A DNA stretch of 64,000 bases from Octopus vulgaris (Eukaryota), in assembly GCA_951406725.2 (NCBI GenBank), contig OX597820.1, forward strand, positions 105,648,001-105,712,000. The letters run 5' to 3'. Positions 26,161 through 39,219 of the stretch are shown one piece after another. A model generated the notes under the pieces. That model ran no database searches. It was not told where the DNA came from and saw nothing but the letters and a program-made list of their open reading frames with translations. Position 1 is the first letter of the stretch. Each line of letters begins with the position of its first letter. Made by a program: the position numbers and the translations under genes.

Positions 26161-26659
26161 ACATATCTGAGTGAAACTGGAATGGTAAGCAGAGTGGAAG
26201 TGTTGTTTGGGATATACAATTTTGATGCTGTATTACTTTCTTGATCAGACAACAGTCTAACAGCTGATGCAGGAAAACTGTCATCTTTACTTTTTGTTTA
26301 TATGTCTGACGAAACCTCCTCCTATAAAGATAGGAATTCCTCAGAGCAAATCGTCCAATGTATGTATGTATACACACACACATACACTAACAATACATTC
26401 CAGTGTTGCTCAGGTGTTATGACATACAACCATATTGTATTACTTGTTCCTTTCTTATGGGCAGAATCAGTACAGCTGGTACATAGTGAACGGGATTACT
26501 GGCATAATGGAAGTTATTGTTTGTTTAAAAGTGAAGTGGAGGTGGGGGTACAATTTGCATGGGTTTGCATGAAAGTGCTTTCTGTTCTTAAGAAGAATCA
26601 CAAACCATGTATTGTTTCATCACATAAAAAAGGGCTTAGTGCAATTTTGCCCTGAAATC

Positions 26660-27245
26660 AGTTTCAAAATTTTAGTTTCCCCCCATCCCCACCACAATTT
26701 CTAAATTTGTAACTTTTTTAACAAATTTTTTCTTTTTTTTATCCATGTAGAAAAATATAGAGATTATGAATCTGGTAAATATTTTTTTAAAGTTTAATTT
26801 TTCTTAAAGAAACACTCAATGCCGCTTCCCCTATCTCACACACCCATTACCTATCGGCTTTCAAAAAGCTAGAAACACCCAAAGTTTCACTTTTGTCTGA
26901 TATTTCACGCATGCGTAGAATTGTACTGAAATAGCAGACATAAAAAGTATTAGGGCACCACGAGAAAACCGAACATGCTAGAAACAACATTATTTCTGAA
27001 GAAACTTCACCACTTTCCAAAAAGCCAAAGGGAAAACATTGGGAGTTTGTAGCTTTTTGGAAGTGGTGAAGTGATGGATGGATGTTTGGGAAGGAGATTT
27101 TAGTGTTTCTTTAAGAAAAAAGAAAGAAAATTCTTAAGGATTCGTACTCTGTTTTTTTTTCTCTGTGGATTAACAAGAAACAAATTCTAAAAAAGTAAAA
27201 AGTGAAGAAATTGGGATGGGGAGGGAGAAAATTAAAATATTGAGA
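26660..27245. mobile_element. Old MITE-like element with degenerate long inverted ends
   Basis: 26665-26818 vs 27102-27242 are inverted. Internal 22-bp-stem hairpin at 27003-27072. Confidence 0.45.
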
Positions 27246-27487
27246 ACATGTTTTTTGGGTGAAATCCTAATCTCCTGTATTGAAAATATAGGAATCAGAA
27301 GAAATTTAGGAAACTAATCGGTGGTGGGGGCTCAAATGTCACCTCAGACATGCTAGAAACAACAGGTAAAGGACAGGATTTCTAGGAGAACTTCCTTTTA
27401 AATTTATGTCAAAGATTTGGATTTGAGCACTAATTTTGCACATGCAGAAAGCAAGAAATAATATGATTCATACAGAATTTTTACCCA

Positions 27488-27555
<68 letters not shown>

Positions 27556-29830
27556 CAAAGGAAGTTATTTTATGGCATTCTTTCGTTTCAAGCAGTAAAG
27601 TTGTCAATTTGATCATTTGGTCGATTGTATGGGATCATATAACTGTTCATTAATTTCTGTAAAAATTTTTCATTTCTTTATGTTTTGAAGAAAGCAGAAA
27701 TTGAAAGAGAGGAGAAAGTGAAAAGGCAACATTTGCTTTGAAATGAGAGCAGAAAGTGAATGAGAGGAGAAAGTGAAAGATGTATGTTCATGTATATGAA
27801 ATGAACATGTGTGTGTGTGTGTGCATGTGTGTGTGCATGTGTGTGTGTCTGAGAGAGAGAGAGAGAGAGTGAAGGCGTCTATTGTCAAGTATATATTTTT
27901 TGCATGTATGTGTAAATGGCACCCACTCAATCTCCCCCCTCTCTCTCACACATTATCTTTCATATACATGTACATAAATACATATGCATACATTTTTTTT
28001 GTATGTATGTGTGTGTGTGCATGTGGGAGAGAAAGTGAGTGACTGTATTTCCTCATAACTTATAGAGAAATGGATATCTTTTAAGGTTCATACTTATATA
28101 GAAAATGTGACTTCATCATTGTTGTTGTTGTGGTATAAATCTTAAGAATAGTTGACTATAGAAAAAATTAATAATGTAAATTTTTGTAATGCAAATATGT
28201 AAATGAAAATAAAGTTTATTTGGCAGTTGTAAGATTACTAAATCTTTTGATACACCAAACGTTAAAATTGGCAACTCAGTTTTTGAATGCATAAGAAAGA
28301 TATGCACCCCCCGCACACACACTTTTATATATATGGAAGTGTCCCTGTCTGTTGTTCTCTCTGTCTGCCTCTTACATTCCCTATGCGTCTATCTCTTCTC
28401 TTCTCCTTCCCTTCCCTGATATCAGCCAGCCTCATTCTGCCACATTTTCCTGAACCTAACATTTAGCACTCCCGTCTCATTTTATCATGTAGTAGCCCAA
28501 CCCCTGTAGTTGGTTCATTATCGATTTTTATTGAAATCCAATTAGCATATAATTGAACTGGATGTTAGTTCAACATGTATGCAAAGTTAGGTGAAGATTG
28601 ATTCCCTGGTTTGGGCAGCAAGATGGTAACAGACAGACAGACAGAAATTGCCATTTATATATATATATATGTATATATGTGTGTGTGCATACACACACAC
28701 ACATATAATTTTTTACTTGTTTCAGTCATCAGACTGCAACCATACTTGAACACCATCTTGTAAAAAGTAAAGGCTCCAGGGAGATTTGAGTTCTTGGCAT
28801 CCTCCAGTTTGCTAGACAGATGCACTACTAACAAGCTGAGCAAAGGAGCCATATATGTATGTGTGTGTGTGTGTATGTGTAACGATTATATGCACCAAAT
28901 AAATGAGAGGAGAATTATTACTACAATGTAAGATACAACTTTGTCGAATTGTTGTTGTACTTTTAGTTCCAGAATCCATTTTGCAAGTCATTAAGTTCAT
29001 CTGTAAGTGACTACTAGAAGTCACAAGATAGATGGAAAAAAGAGAGAGAAAGAGTAAAAGACGTTACCACTCTGTGTTGACAAGTAGAGAGTTGCATTGT
29101 CCTATGGTGACAAGCCATAACTGAAGAGAGAAAAAGCAAGATGTGCTCTTCCAGTGTGGGGCCAAGTGAAAGAGATAGAACTGAGTTTGGGTACTGTATT
29201 TATACATGTTGAAAACTTGGATGCAAATCAGTGAACAACAGAGAGTAAAAACGTTTATCTCTGTTGAACTTACATTTAACCTAAGAATCTTCCCAATGGG
29301 TTTTGCATTGTGGGCTCAGTGAGATGTTGAACAACAGCTCTATTATGTAACACTGCACTTGTCAGAAATGGTAGTTATGGAAGGAAATATGGCAGAATTT
29401 TAGACAGTTACACAGACACACACACACACACATACAATCTCTCTCTCACACATACACACACAATCACTCTCTCTCTCACGCAATCTCTCTCTCTCTCACA
29501 CGCAATCTCTCTCTCTCTCACACACATAATCTCTCTCTCTCTCTGTATCTCCTTCTCTCTCACACACACACAAACACATGCACACTCACACGCACACACA
29601 TATATATAGATAAATTCATCAAAGCTTTTTTGTATTAATTTATTTGTCTGGTCACGAGGAAATTGCTATGGGTTTTTACACATATAATCAATATCATGTA
29701 ATCAATATATGGTGTATATTCCTGTTTTCCAATTTGTTAAATAAATTATTTAACCCACACATTGTAACCAAGGAATAAATGTGATACTTTTGCTTATAAA
29801 TGTGTGTGTGTGTGTATAGCTACATACAAA

Positions 29831-29881
<51 letters not shown>

Positions 29882-30384
29882 ACACATCATATACATGGAG
29901 TATTGATTGGAGGCATGGCTGAATGGTTAAGATGTTTGCTTTGCAAATACTAAGAGCTGGGTTCTATCCCATTACATAGAATATTGAGCAAGGGTTCTTT
30001 TCCCTTCTTTTTAGAATAGCTTCAGGTCAACTCCAAGTTTGGTGAGCGAAATTGGATCGACAAAAGTCTGTTTGATCAATTTGCACTCATAAATCCATAT
30101 GATCGACCTTATGACACTTTAGGTTACGTTGATTCTCCATCAAAATTCTGCTAAGGATAGACATGTCTGGAATACTCAGTCACCTATAATTCAAAGAGTT
30201 GGCTGTTTCATTGATTGACCTATATGGAAACTCACCATTGAAGCTGATGGGGATCCAATTTAACCCATTTACATCTGTATTGATAAGTGCAATATTTAAG
30301 TTAAAATATGTTTTGGGAAAGGGTAAAAGAAACAAAACAATGAGAAAAATAAAATGCAAGAAACCTAACGAAAAAATTAAAATA

Positions 30385-31011
30385 GTTGGTTCTATTCAAG
30401 GCACAAGGCCTGAAATTTCGGGGTAGATTATACTGACCACAATGCTCAACTGTCACTTACTTTATCAACCCTGAAAGGCTGAAATGACAAATTTTACCCC
30501 AGCAGTATTTGAACTCTGAATGTAAAGTATAAAGTAATGCCACTAAGCATTTTTTCCATCTGGGTAACAATTCTGTTAACCCACCACCAACATAAGATAA
30601 AAAGTAAACAAAACGTAATAAAATAAAATAAATAAAATATATAATAAATACAATAAAATATGGCAGTAAAACGATTGCATGTGTTATTGACAGGTAGTAA
30701 CTGTTTGATAGCTGTGATCGTTAAATGGGACTGTCAAGTAATATGTCACATTATATATATATACACACACACACACTCACTGGAAGGCGGCGAGCTGGCA
30801 GAATCGTTAGCACGCCGGGCGAAATGCGTAGCCGTATTTCATCTGTCGTTACGTTCCGAGTTCAAATTCCGCCGAGGTCGACTTTGCCTTTCATCCTTTC
30901 GGGGTCGATAAATTAAGTACCAGTTACGCACTGGGGTTGATGTAATCGACTTAATCCGTTTGTCTGTCTTTGTCCCCTCAGTGTTTAACCCCTTGTGGGT
31001 AGTAAAGAAAT
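30385..31011. mobile_element. Inverted pair of family A SINEs
   Basis: Old minus copy 30385-30590 and young plus copy 30785-31011. Confidence 0.8.
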
Positions 31012-31290
31012 ATATATATATATCAAATGGATGTGTTATAAAACTATTCCACACATACAATAACAACCATACCAATAATCCAACACACCTCCATCATCAG
31101 CTGCCCCACAGATATCACTATGGTTTCAACACCTGGGCAGTAGCATTCAAGCCGGGCAGTAGCATTCAACTAATAGCACTAAAATAAGTGTTGTTTGGGA
31201 ACAAACATACCTTAGATATATATTCATATATATCTATGTGTGTATATATATATGTGTGTATATATATATGTACATATGTTTGTATGTATG

Positions 31291-31334
<44 letters not shown>

Positions 31335-31397
31335 CACACACATGTATATATCTGCATATATATATATATATATATATATGCATATATATATATATAT

Positions 31398-34300
31398 GAC
31401 ACAGCTGTCCCCCGTCCCAGGATCTCATGGGCCCACATCTCTCACACTCTCAGGGTTGGCATTCTCAAAGTCGGCACACTGAAAGGTAGGTTTGGTGAGA
31501 TTGTTGAGATGCTTGAACAGAGATGTATCGATTTGTGCTGCCTCCAAGAAGTAAGGTGGTTCCACTAGGTTCCTCACAGGCAAAGAACACAGGTTCAAGA
31601 TTTTTCTGGGAAGGGAACACTGACGGGGTTGGGGGCGTGGATACACTTCTTGTGGAGAAATGGGTTGATAAGGTAATCGAGAGAGTCAGAGTATGCGGCA
31701 GAATACTTAAGATTAGATTAGTGCTCCATCATGGGTTAGCAACCATTATCTTGGCCTATTCCCCACTGCTGAAGCTACCTGATGGACAGAAAGACCGATT
31801 TTATGACACCCTCTTGCATGACAGGGACCTTCTCTTTGTGGCTGGTTACTTCAATGGACATGTTGGACAACATACAGGGGGCTTCCATGGCATACATGGA
31901 GGCTACGGTTTTGGTTCCCACAAAGAGAAGAGAACAAGGCTGCTGGAGCTCTGCGATGCAAATGATCTTATGGTTTGCAATACTAATTTCAGGAAACCTA
32001 CCAGCCACCTAGTCACCTACCAATCGGGCTGACATACCTGCCAAATTGACTACATCCTTGCCAGAAAAAGGGAAAGATGGCTGCTTATAAATGCCAAAAC
32101 TTTCCCAGGTGAAGAATGTACCCCACAACATACACTGGTAGTTAGCAACTTCAGGATCAGGGCTAAATGGATGCCCAGAAGACGGCCAGCATGGAGGAGA
32201 AGGGTATGGAAGCTTACAGATCCTGTGAATGGACAGATATTTAGAGACATATTACTCGAAGCCTTTGACAAAATAGAAAGAGATATAGCTTCACATGATG
32301 TGAAAGACAATTGGACGTTTCTATGGGACAGCCTGCTGAGGGCCACTGACCAGATCTGTGGATGGTGCAAAGTCCCCTCTCAACCCAAAATAATGTGGTG
32401 GTGGAACAATATTGTTGACAGGGCTATAAGAACAGTGGTAGCAAGGAATTGTATCAGACTGCCAGAAGGGAAGCTAGGAGATAGGTTTATTTAGCCAGAG
32501 GGGAAGCAGATAAGAAAAAATTTGCCAATGTTCTGTGCCATGAGGACCAAAGACTTGAGGTATTTCGTGTTGTAAGACATTGTGTGAGAGAGAATCATGA
32601 TGTGGTTGGAGAGAAATGTGTTCACATGGATGATGGTTCACTTGCACTAAACGAGGCTGCAAAGAGAGAGGTTTGGAGACACCACTATGAAAGGTTGCTG
32701 AATAAAGAAAATGAATGGGAGAAAGATAATCTGCCGAATGTCGACCCAACAGAGGGAACAGCTATCCGAATTGACAGTACCTTGGTAGATAAAGCAATTA
32801 AGAGTATGAAGACAGGGAAAGCCCTTGGCCCATCAGGAATCACTGCAGAGATTCTCAAGATATCTGGCAATGTTGGCTATAGCCTAGTCACCCGTATAGT
32901 TAACCAGGTGATACACAAAGGAGTCATACCCAATGACTGGTATAGGAGCACTATAGTGAACTGCTGCAAAAGTAAAGGTGATGCCTTAGATACAAATAAC
33001 TACAGAGGAATCAAGTTGTTGGATCAGGTAATGTTGAATCATGGAGAGGGTCATAGCCCAACTAATTAGGGAGAGAGTCAGTTTAGATGAAAGGCAGTTT
33101 GGGTTCATGCCAGGGAAAAGCACCACTGATGCTATATTTCTGGTAAGACAGCTCCAGGAGAAATACCTAGCCAAAGATAAACCTCTGTACCTGGCTTTTG
33201 TTGACATGGAGAAAGCCTTTGACAGAGTCCCCCAATCCCTTATCTGGTGGTCAATGAGGAAACTAGGGATAGATGAATGGTTAGTGAGAGCTGTACAAGC
33301 CATGTACATGGATGCTATCAGTAAGGTGAGGGTTGGCAATGAGTACAGTGAAGAATTCTGGGTAGAGGTTGGGGTCCACCAAGGTTCAGTCCTCAGCTCC
33401 CTCCTATTTATCATAGTCCTCCAGGTAATAATGGAGGAATTTACGACAGGATGCCCCTGGGAGCTCCTCTATGCTTATGACCTTGCTGTAATTGCTGAGT
33501 TACTATCAGAACTAGAGGAGAAGTTTCAGGTGTGGAAGCAAAGATTAGAATAGAAGGGCCTTAGAGTCAACCTAGCTAAAACCAAAGCCCTAATAAGTAA
33601 GAGGGCAGACAAACCACAAATCCCTTCAGGTAGATGGCCCTGCTCGATCCGTAGAAAAGGCGTAAGTAGAAACTCCATTAGATGTACTCAGTGTAAGCTA
33701 TGGACACATAAGAGGTGCAGCAATATCAAAGGAAGGCAAACTGGGAAGATAGTTTTTGTATGCGGCAGATGCTCAGGAGCAATAAACACTGAAAATGTGC
33801 AGAGAACAACTTCCGCCACATTCCAGGGAGAAAAACTAGAAGTAGTTGATAGCTTCCATTACCTAGGTGACCAATTCAACAGCAGGGGAGGGTGTGCTGA
33901 AAATGTAGCTACTAAAATAAGAATAGCCTGGGCAAAGTTCAGAGAGTGCTTACCTCTGCTGGTGACAAAAGGCCTCTCGCTCAGAGTAAAAGGTAGACTG
34001 TATAATGCATGTGTATGAACAGCCATGCTATATGGCAGTGAAACATGGGCCGTGACTGCTGAGGACATTCGTAAGCTCGCAAGGAATGAAGCCAGTATGC
34101 TCCACTGGATGTGTAATGTCCGTGTGCATACTCAACAGAGTGTAAGTACCTTAAGAGAAAAGTTGGACCTAAGAAGCATCAGATGTGGTGTGCAAGAGAG
34201 ACGACTGCACTAGTATAGTCATGTAGCAAGAATGAATGAGGATAGCTGTGTGAAAAAGTCCCACACTCTAGCGGTTGAGGGAACCTGTGGAAGAGGTAGA

Positions 34301-34935
34301 CCCAGGAAGACCTGGGATGAGGTGGTGAAACACGACCTTCGAACATTAGGCCTCACCAAGGCAATGACTAGTGACCGAGACCTTTGGAAATATGCTGTTT
34401 ATGAGACCATAACCTGTGGCCTATGCCAGGGGTGTAACCAGCCCACTTATGTGTACCTTTCCTTCCTTGGACACTAAATTCTGCTTGTGAAGACCTGTTG
34501 AGGCAAGTGAAATTGAAATTGTAATCAAATTCGATGACTGTCATCCAGACTAGTAGAGTGCGTAAGAGCACCATCACAGCGTGATTGTTGCCAGAGCAGC
34601 TGAGTGGCTTCCATGCCAGTGGCATGTAAAAAGCACCATTCGAGCATGATCATTACAAGCGTCACCTTACTGGCACTTGTGCTGGCTGCACGTGAAAAAG
34701 GCATTCGAGCGAGGTCATTGCCAGTGCCGCTGGACTGGCTCCTGTGCAGGTGGCACGTAAAAAACACCATTGAGCATGGCTGTACCACCTGACTGGCCCT
34801 CATGCCAGTGGCACATAAAAGCACCCACAACACTCTCGGAGTGGTTGGCATAAGGAAGGGCATCCAGTTGTAGAAACTCTGCCAGTCTGGTCCAATTCGT
34901 GCCAGCATAGAAAGTGATTGTTAAATGATGATGAT
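31398..34935 (+). mobile_element. Near full-length decayed RTE LINE (APE-RT ORF with PHD finger insert, repetitive 3' UTR, (GAT)n tail)
   Basis: [20 protein letters not shown] and QIDYIL; RT NYRGIKLL, FVDMEKAFDRV, GVHQGS, LLYAYD and FHYLG; C-terminal RGRPRKTW. Several stops and frameshifts. Confidence 0.95.
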
Positions 34936-35250
34936 ATCTATATATATAAAGATGAGAATGTGTGTCTATCTGTCTGTGTGTCTGTGTGAATGCCTAAAAC
35001 TTGCGAACTACACAACCAATTTCATTCAAATTTTAAACATGCCTTACATAGGGTCCATGTAGTGTCATGGGCCCCAAAATTTTTAACTTCTTACCTAGTG
35101 TGAGCCCAGAGCGATATCATATCTTCTCCACTATTTCAGTATTACGTGTCAAAAGTGAAACAATAAAATCTCTCTATTGTAATGTCAGATATTTTCACTT
35201 TAATAGTTTCACTTTAATACTGAAACTATTAAAGTGAAACTATTATCTCA
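34936..35250 (+). mobile_element. Helitron-like 5' fragment
   Basis: A|TCTATATATATAAAG followed by TGTCTG-type repeats, like the other Helitron 5' ends here. Confidence 0.55.
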
Positions 35251-35268
35251 CATATATACATACATACA

Positions 35269-35417
35269 TTATGGCTGCCCCCTCGTTATCGAGTATGGCC
35301 ATTGCACGAAGCTTAACTGTTACTGGTGCTGTGATCGGATGTGACTTTTTAGCCCAGCTAAAGATCTATAATGTCTTGTACAAAACCTTTACTGGTAATA
35401 GCCGGCTGTAGTTGTAA
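35269..35417 (-). mobile_element. 149-bp 3' tail of the same RTE family as 5373-7456
   Basis: Near-identical to 5373-5533 apart from a ~13-bp indel. Flanked by TACA repeats on both sides. Confidence 0.9.
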
Positions 35418-35471
35418 CATACATACATACATACATACATACATACATACATACATACATACATACATACA

Positions 35472-35509
<38 letters not shown>

Positions 35510-35792
35510 ATGTATATTATGTGTATATATATATATATAAATATATCTGCACAAATGTATATATAGATGTATATATATATATACACACATGTATATATAT
35601 AGATGTATATGTATTCATGTATATGCATAGATGAAGATATATATAGATATAGATGTTTATGTATACATGTATATGTGTAGATGTATATATATATATAGAT
35701 GTACATGTAATATGTATACATATATATATACATATATACATGCACACATATAGACACCCATACACGCCCCCCACACACACATATATACACAT

Positions 35793-36130
35793 AGGTGCAG
35801 GTGTGGCAGTGTGGTAAGAAACATGGTTCCAAAACACAGGGTCCTGGGTTCAGTCCCACTGTGTGGTGACTTGGCATGTGTCTTCTGCTATAGCCTCAGA
35901 CCAACTAAAGCCTTGTAAGTGGATTTTGTGAGTGACAAGCTCAAAGAAATCAATCGTATATATATATATGTATGTATATATGTAAGTGTATGTGTGTATC
36001 TTTGTCTGTGTGTTTCTACTTCATCACTGCTTCACAACTGTAAATAAACTGTTGGTTTATTTACATCCCACAACTTCCTGGTTTGACAAGAAGAAACTGA
36101 AGGAATAAGTACCAGGCTTATCAAAATAAA
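35793..36130 (+). mobile_element. Family B SINE, diverged
   Basis: Head GGTGCAGGTGTGGCAGTGTGGTAAG and conserved body. Confidence 0.75.
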
Positions 36131-36201
36131 AAAAAGCACTAAGCAGTGTCTCATATTTTTGTTTGCCTACTCAGTTGTATCTATCAATCTATCTTTTTGT
36201 A

Positions 36202-36237
<36 letters not shown>

Positions 36238-36280
36238 GCACACACACACACATACATGTATGTATATGTGCATATTCATA

Positions 36281-36974
36281 TCTATTATATAAAAGTCAAT
36301 GTCTTTATGTGTGTTCGTGTGTTACTTATACATTTGAAAACTACTGCACCAATCCTAATGAAGAGGTGACACTTTCATTTCTCCTTAGTCCTCACGTCAC
36401 ACAGTTGTTAATGTTTATTTCAGTTGGGTCACGCCCTTCCAATTGCTATAAATCCATAATGCATCTTACAGCTGTGCCTGTCACCTGTATGGTGAGGAAT
36501 CCTACATTGGGGAGTGGTAACGACTAGGGTAGCTGACAGCTTATTGTGATCATTCGTCCTTTGGTTTCCTGTAGCTTTGCTCTCTTTTACAAACCCAGTG
36601 AACATACATATATTTCCTATTTCAAAGAAACTCAAACAATAGATATTAGAACCAAGTTAAAAAAATTCTCAACAATTCAACTTCTCTGGTTGACATTAAT
36701 ACACCTACTCCCATATTTTAGAGCTCAATGACCTCTATTTTTCAGGAGCAAAATCCTTTTAACAGGTTCCATAAGACTGGAATTTTGGAATCTGCACATA
36801 ACGATCAGTAGTATGGGATACATGTGTCATGATTAGAATTTTTTTAGGGTGTGTAAAGAGGGAAAGAACCTTCATTTGTAATTTTGATGAAATTTGAATC
36901 ATAGGTATTCCAGCTCATTAGAGAAAATATAACAGAAAAAGTCTAATTCTTCAATTGCATGTAACATGGGCTAG
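36281..36974 (+). mobile_element. Candidate non-autonomous Helitron
   Basis: A|TCTATTATATAAAAG start and GGGCTAG|T end. Confidence 0.4.
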
Positions 36975-36987
36975 TATATATATATAT

Positions 36988-37240
36988 ATCATCATCATCA
37001 TCATCATCATCATCATCGTTTAACGTCCGTTTTCCGCGCTAGCACGGGTTGGACGGTTTCGACCGGGGTCTGGGGAGCTCGGGACTGCCCCAGGCTCCAG
37101 TCTAGTCTGGCAGTGTTTCTACAGCTGGATGCCCTTCCTAACGCCAACCACTCCGCGAGTGTAGTGGGTGTTTTTTACGTGCCACCTGCACAGGTGCCAG
37201 AGGGGTCTGGCATCGGCCACGTTCGGATGGTGCTTTTTAT
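36988..37240 (-). mobile_element. Short element sharing the RTE 3' tail
   Basis: Reverse complement of GGAGTGGTTGGCGTTAGGAAGGGCATCCAG...(GAT)n as at 34838-34935. Related copies at 42960-43177, 49150-49480 and 58560-59015. Confidence 0.8.
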
Positions 37241-37599
37241 GTGGGGGGGGTGCAGAAATATAGGGGAGCACCAGTGGGGAGGGGTGGTTCAGAGAAATGA
37301 TGACAGGTTCTAGGCAAGTAGAACGTAGGATATCGAGAGAGGGGTAATGCATGGTGAAATAGCGTATTGAAGAGGGGGGTTCGAAGAGTAGACACCTATA
37401 ATGGTGGTGGGAGAAGCGACATCCGGTATAGATGGAGCAAAAATATAGATATCCGGTATTGGTGGTGGGGGTGGGTAGGGCGGGTGCACCGCGAAGATAC
37501 GAATGTTGATTACATACGAGGACAAGAGGAGGGAGGCAGAAAACCAACAAAGCAGGGACAAGGTAATGGTATGATACGGGATTTGGCACAATCAAGTAA

Positions 37600-38205
37600 T
37601 TGAACCATTTTGTTTTGAAAGCTCTGTGACAGGTGATTCGTATCTGGACATGCTTGGCAACAAGATGATGCCTCACGTGCATTCACTTGGAAGGGGAAAT
37701 CCCTTATGGTTTCAGCAAGATGGGACTCCACCCCATTATACATTACAGGTTCGTGATTTCTTGAATGGAACATTTTCCAGGGTGATTTCTTGAATGGAAC
37801 ATTTTCCAGGGAGATTTTTTGAATGGAACATTTTCCAGGAAGATTTCTTGAATGGAACATTTTCCAGGGAGATGGTTCAGGCATCGTGGGCCAATTGAAT
37901 GGGCACCACAGTCACCAGATTTGACTTGCATGGACTTTTCCTACTGGGGCTACATAAAATCTCATGTATATTCTGAAAAGATTCATTACAAAGGACATTT
38001 TCGTCAAAGAATTGTTGAAACATTTGAACAAGTCAACAGCAAGGAAAAGCTATTCGTGAGGGTTCATCGCAATTTCAGATTCCGTATGAACACTTGTTTA
38101 GAGCTCCATGGCCAACACTTTGGACATTTGTAATGGACTGCCTGCTTCATTGCTAATAAAGCATGCTTGATATCTCCCATGGTGCGTGACTTTGTGGTGA
38201 CCCTG
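37600..38205 (+). mobile_element. Tc1/mariner-superfamily 3' fragment with a 29-bp x4 internal tandem repeat
   Basis: WFQQDGTPPHY and EWAPQSPDLTCMDFSYWGYIK motifs. End GACCCTG|TA. Repeat GATTTCTTGAATGGAACATTTTCCAGG at 37755-37872. Confidence 0.8.
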
Positions 38206-38270
38206 TATATTTCAGATGCCAAAAACACGAAATTACATACATACAAAATGAAAAAAAATATTTAATAAGA

Positions 38271-38300
<30 letters not shown>

Positions 38301-38302
<2 letters not shown>

Positions 38303-38713
38303 GAAAGAAAAAAGGCGTTCAGAATGCTGGACGGCTGCAAAAATATATATTTATTTACATATCACATACTACTTCTTCATATTAGTGCTTTCAACTACTC
38401 CTGTAGAAATATTGATATTTCAAAACAGTTCAATAAATTTTTTCTGTGACCATCACCATTCTATCTGGATGGATGGATGGATGGATGGCTGAAATGCAAC
38501 TACTGTTGCTGTGAGGCTGTATTCCTGTTTTTACGATGTGGTTCTATTTCACGCAGACAATTGGCTTTACAGTTCGGACATGCTCCCAAGTCCATTTTCT
38601 GATGAAACTACAGGAGTAGCTGAAAGTGCTAATATGAAGAAACAACATGGGATATGTAAACAAATATACATTCCTACAACCATCCAGCACTCTGAACACC
38701 TTTTTTCTTTCAT
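38301..38713. mobile_element. Penelope-type pLTR fragment with inverted duplicate and hammerhead core
   Basis: Arms 38301-38406 and 38608-38713 (106 bp, ungapped). CTGATGA-AACTACAGGAGTAGCT-GAAAGTGCTA at 38599-38631. (TA)n on both sides. Confidence 0.65.
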
Positions 38714-38885
38714 ATGTATTAAATCTGTACATCACCCCCAATACTTCTAACATATATATATATATATATATATATACACTAACACAAACAAAAACAAACA
38801 ACTTGCTATTTGTCATCATTTGAAATAACGCGAAGAAAGAAGACAGGAGGGAAAGAAGAAGAGAAAGATTGTAAAGACTTCAGGT

Positions 38886-38923
<38 letters not shown>

Positions 38924-39144
38924 GCATATATATATATATATATCAAGGGCGGTGCCCCAGCATGGCCTCAGCCGGATGGCTGAAACAAGTAAAAGAGTAA
39001 AAGAGTATATATATATAAAAATATATATAATAATAATATTAGGGAGTAAATCCAAACTTACAGGGAAAAATTAGATTTAGGATTAAATCTGATTTTATAG
39101 TATAAATATATATTATATTAAATTAGAGATTTTATATATATATA

Positions 39145-39193
<49 letters not shown>

Positions 39194-39219
39194 TTATATA
39201 TATAGCGGTTCGGCAAAAG

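Noticed and set aside
37755-37872. Four 29-bp direct repeats, CRISPR-like in length
   Set aside because: Head-to-tail with no spacers, inside a transposase remnant. This is a local tandem duplication.
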